DNA of 64,000 nt from a virus (taxonomy: Duplodnaviria > Caudoviricetes): positions 508 to 64,507 of the IMG/VR virus record IMGVR_UViG_3300032254_000004, one strand, 5' to 3'. The first letter of the stretch is position 1; each line of letters begins with the position of its first letter. The position numbers and the translations under genes were made by a program. Below, piece by piece: positions 58,356 through 64,000 of the stretch. The notes under the pieces are model-generated. The model ran no database searches, was not told the DNA's origin, and saw nothing but the letters and a program-made list of their open reading frames with translations.

Positions 58356-59295
58356 TACAGAATCCTTTGAAAATAGGTGCTCTTGGCTTTTCTTTTACAC
58401 CATAGGATTGATATGTAAATGTGACTAACTTACCTAAATAATCCATTTGATTATGCCAGATTTTAATCCTGGTTGCTTTGTCAAAACCTGAACCAATATA
58501 AAAAGTCATACCATCAAATGGAGTACCTGGAATACCCATAACTTTCATGCGCCCCATGAGATCATCCGCTATTTTATTCTCTTGAGAGGCACTTCTAACA
58601 GTATATCCTAGAGCGTCTGTAGTGGCTTCATTATGATTACGTTCTAAAGCTTCGAAGCCAACGATCTTTCCTTCACAATCCTCAAAACGTTTGACAGCTA
58701 CTAAACCCATTTGTTTGAGAGTTGAGCGACCTTGTTTATAAAGGGATGTATTATGTCGAAACATTAACCCTTCATAATTACGTCCAAGAAAAACTTGTTC
58801 TAATTCTTCAGTTGCTTTTAGATTATGGGACCATACTTGAGGAACTTCAGTAATGGAAATTTCTAAAGGATCTTCAACTTTACCTATTCCACAAAGCCTA
58901 TTGCTAAGATGGTTGATACGATCAAAAAAAGCTCGGTCCAAAAGACTACAATCATCAAAGACGTGAAAACTGATTCCTTCAATGGTTTCATCATGTGTCA
59001 TTACCTTAGATTGTGTCTTCTGGAAGCTGTAATCAGAAGATTCATGATTTCCGTAAATTAACTCACCATCAAACCCAGACAGTAAACTATGTTCTTTTTC
59101 AAAAAATGCTCTAAGTGCTTTATTAGGAATTGGCTTAAGCGAACGTGTTACTGCACCTAATTCTGGATGAACTACAATACGGATACCGTCTAATTTGGGT
59201 GAGCAAATGAAACCTTCATCCCAAGGTACTGTAGGAAGGTATTCTTCGTATGTCTGATTTTTCTTTAACTTAGCAGCCAACATTGGTCTAAACAT
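58345..59295 (-). CDS. ATP-dependent DNA ligase
   Basis: SPKLDGIR, FDGEL, FHVFD, YEGLM, IGSGF, PRAPIF. Confidence 0.95.
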   Translation of the reverse strand: MFRPMLAAKLKKNQTYEEYLPTVPWDEGFICSPKLDGIRIVVHPELGAVTRSLKPIPNKALRAFFEKEHSLLSGFDGELIYGNHESSDYSFQKTQSKVMTHDETIEGISFHVFDDCSLLDRAFFDRINHLSNRLCGIGKVEDPLEISITEVPQVWSHNLKATEELEQVFLGRNYEGLMFRHNTSLYKQGRSTLKQMGLVAVKRFEDCEGKIVGFEALERNHNEATTDALGYTVRSASQENKIADDLMGRMKVMGIPGTPFDGMTFYIGSGFDKATRIKIWHNQMDYLGKLVTFTYQSYGVKEKPRAPIFKGFCNDR

Positions 59296-59671
59296 TAGTA
59301 TATACTCCTTTAGTATCTTTAAGGTACTCTTGCCTCATTCTATCAAATAAGCGATCAAGGTTATCATCATTATCCCGCATAGCTAAGATTCGATCAACCC
59401 CTTTTTGGATTCCATATCTAGATACTCCAGTAGTTAGCGCAATATAATGAGTACACCAACCACATTCAGTGTGAACAAAATACCAAATCATATGCCTACG
59501 TAGAACATACTTCTCAGTCCTTCGACTTGTTCGGAACATATCTCTCAGAGAAAAATTAATTGTAGATTCTTTGAAATAGACATTAAAATTAACTACTGCC
59601 CACAGCATAGATTGAATGACACAGTATTCGTGCCCACTTCTAATTTCCTTTGATATTGCTTTACGACTCAT
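59288..59671 (-). CDS. DnaA domain IV-like HTH protein
   Basis: RRHMIWYF......THYIAL..GVSRYGI.KGV.RI pattern. Confidence 0.5.
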   Translation of the reverse strand: MSRKAISKEIRSGHEYCVIQSMLWAVVNFNVYFKESTINFSLRDMFRTSRRTEKYVLRRHMIWYFVHTECGWCTHYIALTTGVSRYGIQKGVDRILAMRDNDDNLDRLFDRMRQEYLKDTKGVYTNV

Positions 59672-59694
59672 TGGGGATCCTATTAATTCAATAT

Positions 59695-59723
59695 AATATA
59701 ATATATCTATCTCGGCATTTCAA
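59695..59723 (-). promoter_or_regulatory. sigma70-like promoter
   Basis: TTGAAA-N17-TATATT. Confidence 0.55.
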
Positions 59724-60848
59724 CTAGAAAGGCATGTCAGGCTTCTTTTTATTTTTAGAGGTACTTTCAAGGTATACTTTAAGGTTTTCTAAGAGGTCTA
59801 GGAGCTCTCCAGGTAAGTCATAAATATCCTGATCTAGCCATTCTTCTACACCATTTTGCATCTCCTCCAAAGTAGGTACTTCAAGCTTATGTTTTGCTTC
59901 TTCCCGTTTTTTCCTCTCGGTCCTATAATGCTTCCCTAACGCGGAATTAATACGTGGTAGTCGTTGGGATATTGGAATAGACTTAACGACATTAAAGAAC
60001 TCACTGGAAGAGACATAAGTATCGAAGTCTAAAGATGCTTCAAAGCCCTCACCCTTCTCAATTGAAGCAGCCATAATTGTTTTATTACCTGAATGTACAA
60101 TCATCTGCATGATACGATGTTTAACCCACCAGAAATCTTTTAAAGTCCTATCTTCAGTCAGTTCCATATCCCTAATGAAATTATAGGTAAATCTGGAAGG
60201 GCTTTCAAGCTCATATGCTCTCACCCCTTTATAGTATACGTACTTAGAGCGTCCTTCATAAGCTTCTACCCCATTATACACATGTAAAGGATCTCCTGTT
60301 TCAAGAAAGACTTCTGCATGCTCATCTTCATGAATAGATGCAAACTCGTCATGCTCAATGATAAAAAAGGAAGAATTTTCAGCTAAGGCAATTTCCTCAT
60401 CTGTGCAATAGGCATCACCGTTCTCATCTTTAGTATTAGACATAAGTTCACGATAAGCTTGCCATAGTTCCCAGTTTTTACCAAGTTCCAAAGTGAAAGG
60501 TAATTTACTATAAACCCATTCACCAGGCTTACTATCTTCAATATGACGTTTCTTAAGCATAGCAAAAAGGGTCTTTGTGCCTCGATAGTCATATTCTTTA
60601 GTATAAAGTTCATAGTGCATAAAACCTGCATAAATTGTAATTTTAGCACCTTCTCTCAAAAGAACAGCTATGGCATATTTCAAACCTGTACCGAAGTATC
60701 CAATAGGGCTATCAGAATTAGGTTTTTCATTAAGTCCGAAAGTAGTTAGTCCTACAATGTCAAAGATTCCAGGAGTTTGAAAAACTGTCGTTCTTTGAGA
60801 GATTTGAATGATTTCTTTATCAGGGTCAGTATTAGCAATATTTGGCAT
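59724..60848 (-). CDS. GHKL (HATPase)-domain protein
   Basis: IGYFGTGLKYAIAVLLREG; AYRELMSN..DENG; AAGGA RBS. Confidence 0.7.
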   Translation of the reverse strand: MPNIANTDPDKEIIQISQRTTVFQTPGIFDIVGLTTFGLNEKPNSDSPIGYFGTGLKYAIAVLLREGAKITIYAGFMHYELYTKEYDYRGTKTLFAMLKKRHIEDSKPGEWVYSKLPFTLELGKNWELWQAYRELMSNTKDENGDAYCTDEEIALAENSSFFIIEHDEFASIHEDEHAEVFLETGDPLHVYNGVEAYEGRSKYVYYKGVRAYELESPSRFTYNFIRDMELTEDRTLKDFWWVKHRIMQMIVHSGNKTIMAASIEKGEGFEASLDFDTYVSSSEFFNVVKSIPISQRLPRINSALGKHYRTERKKREEAKHKLEVPTLEEMQNGVEEWLDQDIYDLPGELLDLLENLKVYLESTSKNKKKPDMPF

Positions 60849-60849
60849 G

Positions 60850-61131
60850 TTAAGATTCCTTAGGTTTTGGGATATAATCACCAGATTCAATTAGTTTAAT
60901 AGCTTTCTGTCCTGCATGAGTTTTACAGAGGAATTCACCACCGATGCAAAAAACAGCACCATGTTGACACTTTTTATGATCCCATTCGGGCCGCCTTTTC
61001 AAATAATGTTCCTTACGCCAGTTAGGGTTATGTGGTGTTTCTGGGATTTTACGTTCACATTGAATGAGTTCCTTATATACAGGAACTACAGGTTCAGTAC
61101 GAATACGCTTTAATTTCTTAGTACGTCGCAT
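60850..61131 (-). CDS. hypothetical protein with Cys/His cluster
   Basis: CQHGA.FC......CKTH. Confidence 0.55.
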   Translation of the reverse strand: MRRTKKLKRIRTEPVVPVYKELIQCERKIPETPHNPNWRKEHYLKRRPEWDHKKCQHGAVFCIGGEFLCKTHAGQKAIKLIESGDYIPKPKES

Positions 61132-61546
61132 TGATAAACTCCGGGTGATCTTTAGGCCAACCAAGGCAATGAGCTCTCTCATGCCTAACAAAAAGGTAAT
61201 AAGCAAATTCTCCGACTAAAAGTCTGCTAGGGACATATATAATGCACCAAGTACCTGCAAGCTTAAGATCGTTACATGCTAGAGCTCTGTCATTAATACA
61301 ATGAGCATCAAGCTCTTCAAAGGATAATTCTTTGATAACAATCATTACTTGATCCGAAGGTAACACTGGTCGATCATACTCTTTAGGAATAGGTTTCCAT
61401 GTAGACCTCGTAAGTTGGCTCCATTGGAAATATGTAAAGTCTTTAGCTTCTTCTAATGCGGTTGGACTTTGTTCATAAGCTTCAAGACTATTCGAACAAG
61501 ACATTAAACTTAAAGACAAGACTAAGGCTAAGACTTTATTAGACAT
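61118..61546 (-). CDS. lipoprotein with HExxH zinc-peptidase motif
   Basis: MSNKVLALVLSLSLMSC lipobox; VRHERAHCLGWPKDH. Confidence 0.65.
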   Translation of the reverse strand: MSNKVLALVLSLSLMSCSNSLEAYEQSPTALEEAKDFTYFQWSQLTRSTWKPIPKEYDRPVLPSDQVMIVIKELSFEELDAHCINDRALACNDLKLAGTWCIIYVPSRLLVGEFAYYLFVRHERAHCLGWPKDHPEFINATY

Positions 61547-61580
61547 TAGAGATCCTTTGCATGAAGTTCAGGTGAAAGAG

Positions 61581-61997
61581 TCATTGTGATGCTTTCAATT
61601 TAAATTTGCAGGATAAAGTGGTTGGTTTATCTTTGTAATCTTTCAATGCAGATAGTTGTCCAAGATACTGTTCAATGTCATCTATAAAATAAGGGTGGTG
61701 TGACAACAAGATATCAAATGACAAATTGCTTTTTAAGTCCTCATTTGGTGAATGTATGCCATTCATAATGGTAATTTGTTCTTGTGTCAGTGGTTTTTGG
61801 GAAACTGCAACTAACGAAATTCTACCATCACATGACATTGCACAAAACTCATTAACGGCATGCGCTCCTGTAGTTAGCATGGATTCGAACTTATCAAGAG
61901 CATCCAAATGCCTATTCATATACCATTTTTCTTTCCTTACATGATCAACGATTATGAAATTAAATGTAGGAGGCCTAGGAATCTGATTTTGTGCCAT
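61581..61997 (-). CDS. hypothetical protein
   Basis: 138-aa ORF. Confidence 0.6.
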   Translation of the reverse strand: MAQNQIPRPPTFNFIIVDHVRKEKWYMNRHLDALDKFESMLTTGAHAVNEFCAMSCDGRISLVAVSQKPLTQEQITIMNGIHSPNEDLKSNLSFDILLSHHPYFIDDIEQYLGQLSALKDYKDKPTTLSCKFKLKASQ

Positions 61998-62523
61998 CTT
62001 GCAATTCCTCTACTTTTTCTTTTAGGTTTGTGACAACTCTACGAGATACTCCCTCCCTTAACAAGATCCTATAACGAGGATCTAAAAGAAGGAATTCCTG
62101 TTGCGTCAGTTGCATAAGAGTATCTGAAAGTGTTTTTGCAGCATTCCGACGGGCTTCATGATTTGGTTCAGCCATTACTAAAAGAAGTGAACGAATGGTA
62201 GGATTTGGGTGTTTATCGATCATCAATGGTTCAAATGTCAACGGACCTCGCTTTGCATATTTGCGCATATGAGACGTAGTACGTTGTCGAATTTTCATAA
62301 ATTCCGGATGGTTTGTTTCTTCAAAATAACGAAGTGTCTTTAAGATAACTTCATCAGTCATAGCACCGATAGCAATAAGCTGACCATCTGGCAATACCCA
62401 CAATGCTGGATGAGGTAATCCTAAGACATAAATGTCCTTAAACTCCTCTTGAAGCTTTTTCATAGAGCGTCTATGGCTAACGGTTGCATTAATAAAATAA
62501 AGCGTCCCTTGTTGTTTAGTCAT
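61975..62523 (-). CDS. hypothetical protein
   Basis: 182-aa ORF. Confidence 0.65.
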   Translation of the reverse strand: MTKQQGTLYFINATVSHRRSMKKLQEEFKDIYVLGLPHPALWVLPDGQLIAIGAMTDEVILKTLRYFEETNHPEFMKIRQRTTSHMRKYAKRGPLTFEPLMIDKHPNPTIRSLLLVMAEPNHEARRNAAKTLSDTLMQLTQQEFLLLDPRYRILLREGVSRRVVTNLKEKVEELQDGTKSDS

Positions 62524-62996
62524 TTTGTAGCCTCAATTTTTTCGTCAAGTTCTTTCATCCTAGTATCACATATTTCAAGCAAGTCTTTCAAGTTATCAAT
62601 ATCTTTTTGGGCATCTTCTTTCACTTGTCCAAAACGAAAACGACGCGCTTTCAGAATCTCATGAGCTAAAAGACCCGATGCATGGACTTTATATTCATGA
62701 AATCTGTTATTGTTGATAGTGTTCGAAATTTCCTCATAAACACAACCTCTAAATAGGTCTTTGTTCTTAAAGGTATGAAACCAAACACTAGGTAGCCAAA
62801 TGACATTATTTTCGAAGTCAACGTATTCATGATGTTCTTTTACTGTGATATATGCATCTGCCTCTGGAATTACTAGACGTAGATCAATGCCACCGAATTT
62901 ATTAAACGAAATACCTAGTTGCCAATCAATATTACGGGAATTCTTTTTTCGAAAGGTGAACAATTTTTTAGGTACTACATAGGGTTCGTAGATCAT
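62520..62996 (-). CDS. hypothetical protein
   Basis: 158-aa ORF. Confidence 0.65.
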   Translation of the reverse strand: MIYEPYVVPKKLFTFRKKNSRNIDWQLGISFNKFGGIDLRLVIPEADAYITVKEHHEYVDFENNVIWLPSVWFHTFKNKDLFRGCVYEEISNTINNNRFHEYKVHASGLLAHEILKARRFRFGQVKEDAQKDIDNLKDLLEICDTRMKELDEKIEATK

Positions 62997-63022
62997 GATG
63001 TCTTGTTTCTTTTCTTGAGTAA

Positions 63023-63328
63023 CTAAGAAAGATTTACCTCGAATAGGCAGCTTTCCAGTTGTCCAATCCGAACGATTTCATCATGAAGTTCAACCGCCGA
63101 GATAAGCCCATCACGAAACTGGCTTAGCGGTTCTGCAAACTGGGTAGCAAGGTTTTGATCCGCCTCTCGGGCAGCATCCCACATCGCACCGCCCTCTGGT
63201 TCAGTCTTCCGATTGATAGGGAAGGGAAAGGCTTTTTCCGCATCATCGAACAATTGCTTTATACGGTCTACAAGGTTCATTTCATCCTCCATTTTTCCGG
63301 AAACCGGAAAGTGTTGCATTTTAGACAC
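63023..63328 (-). CDS. hypothetical protein
   Basis: 101-aa ORF, GC-richer, contains repeat copy 1. Confidence 0.6.
   Translation of the reverse strand: MSKMQHFPVSGKMEDEMNLVDRIKQLFDDAEKAFPFPINRKTEPEGGAMWDAAREADQNLATQFAEPLSQFRDGLISAVELHDEIVRIGQLESCLFEVNLS
63208..63235. repeat. 28-bp direct repeat, copy 1
   Basis: TCCGATTGATAGGGAAGGGAAAGGCTTT identical to 63781-63808. Confidence 0.95.
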
Positions 63329-63764
63329 AGTTATCCAGTTGCCCGATTGAAAGGGATGGAAAGGTTTTTTCTACGTTGGCTCCTGACAGGTTGGCTTCCA
63401 ACAGGTCGGCTTGCCACAGGTTGGATTCTGACAGGTCGGCTTGCCACAGGTTGGCTCCAAACAGGTTGGCATACGTCAGGTCGGCTCTCCACAGGCAGAC
63501 TCCCCGTAGGTTGGCCTTCTCCAAGTTGGCTCCCGACAGGTTGGTTTCTCGTAGGTCGGCTCCTTCTAGGTCGGCTCTCCATAGGTTGGCTTCCGATAGG
63601 TTGGCTCCTCGCAGGTTGGCTTCCCGCATATTGGCTCCATTCAACCAACCCCATTTAACAGCGGCACCAATTTGGTGGGATCGCGATTTGGCTTTAAAGC
63701 TGGCGTCAATCTCCGCTATGAATTGAACGGAACCAGAAAAACGGTTTTTAATTTCTACCTTCAT
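63321..63764 (-). CDS. pentapeptide repeat protein
   Basis: A(N/D)LxxA(N/D)L repeats; N-terminal IKNRFSGSVQF..EI. Confidence 0.92.
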   Translation of the reverse strand: MKVEIKNRFSGSVQFIAEIDASFKAKSRSHQIGAAVKWGWLNGANMREANLRGANLSEANLWRADLEGADLRETNLSGANLEKANLRGVCLWRADLTYANLFGANLWQADLSESNLWQADLLEANLSGANVEKTFPSLSIGQLDNCV

Positions 63765-63769
63765 GGGAA

Positions 63770-63895
63770 CTACTCCGCTGTCCGATTGATAGGGAAGGGA
63801 AAGGCTTTCTCACGTGGTATTGACATATAAGTTTGCCAAGTGTATAGAACTTTGCTATCAGGCATCTGAAAAGTTACTTCAATATATCTTTGCAT
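63770..63895 (-). CDS. 41-aa ORF (not in ORF track)
   Basis: MQRYIEVTFQMPDSKVLYTWQTYMSIPREKAFPFPINRTAE; first ORF after promoter, AAAGGA RBS. Confidence 0.5.
   Translation of the reverse strand: MQRYIEVTFQMPDSKVLYTWQTYMSIPREKAFPFPINRTAE
63781..63808. repeat. 28-bp direct repeat, copy 2
   Basis: identical to 63208-63235; degenerate third copy 63343-63368. Confidence 0.95.
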
Positions 63896-63930
63896 AGCAA
63901 TATTTCCTTTGTTGCTTAGATCTTAATATT

Positions 63931-63959
63931 ATAATATAGTGTTTTTCAATAGCCCTCAA
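63931..63959 (-). promoter_or_regulatory. sigma70-like early promoter
   Basis: TTGAGG-N17-TATTAT. Confidence 0.7.
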
Positions 63960-64000
63960 GAATTAATTTGTGGTTGTTGGGGGGGGGGGGGGGGTCGCTA

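Noticed and set aside
2799-63726. Antisense or overlapping ORFs in the track (e.g. 7118..7552, 17498..17986, 18734..19351, 27033..27710, 53901..54089, 54139..54374, 63155..63658, 63376..63726)
   Set aside because: Shadow frames of well-supported genes or structured DNA; no RBS or recognisable motifs

Overview
The window looks like an essentially complete, AT-rich, integrase-free (probably lytic) siphovirus genome of about 64 kb. GTA-like head-spike and DUF2793 modules and a B12-dependent RNR suggest an alphaproteobacterial host; this is inference. The + strand (2320-29739) carries the late operon: terminase, DUF1073 portal, head spike and fibre, protease/scaffold, capsid, neck, tail, receptor-binding proteins, endolysin and spanins. 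The - strand (1-1800 and 29788-63900) carries early and middle genes: a full 7-deazaguanine DNA-modification set (folE, queD, queE, queC, dpdA-like), a UDG-fused family A polymerase, class II RNR, SSB, Sak4-like ATPase, exonucleases, SNF2 helicase, primase-helicase, ligase, resolvase, NADAR, two tRNAs and many small hypothetical genes. The most striking unexplained feature is a ~570-nt interval (53560-54125) without a credible long ORF. It has its own promoter, many long perfect helices, a perfect 7-bp kissing-loop pair and a 3' pseudoknot/fold-back, and is a strong candidate for an undescribed large structured phage ncRNA. All family assignments are from motif recognition by eye; no searches were run.
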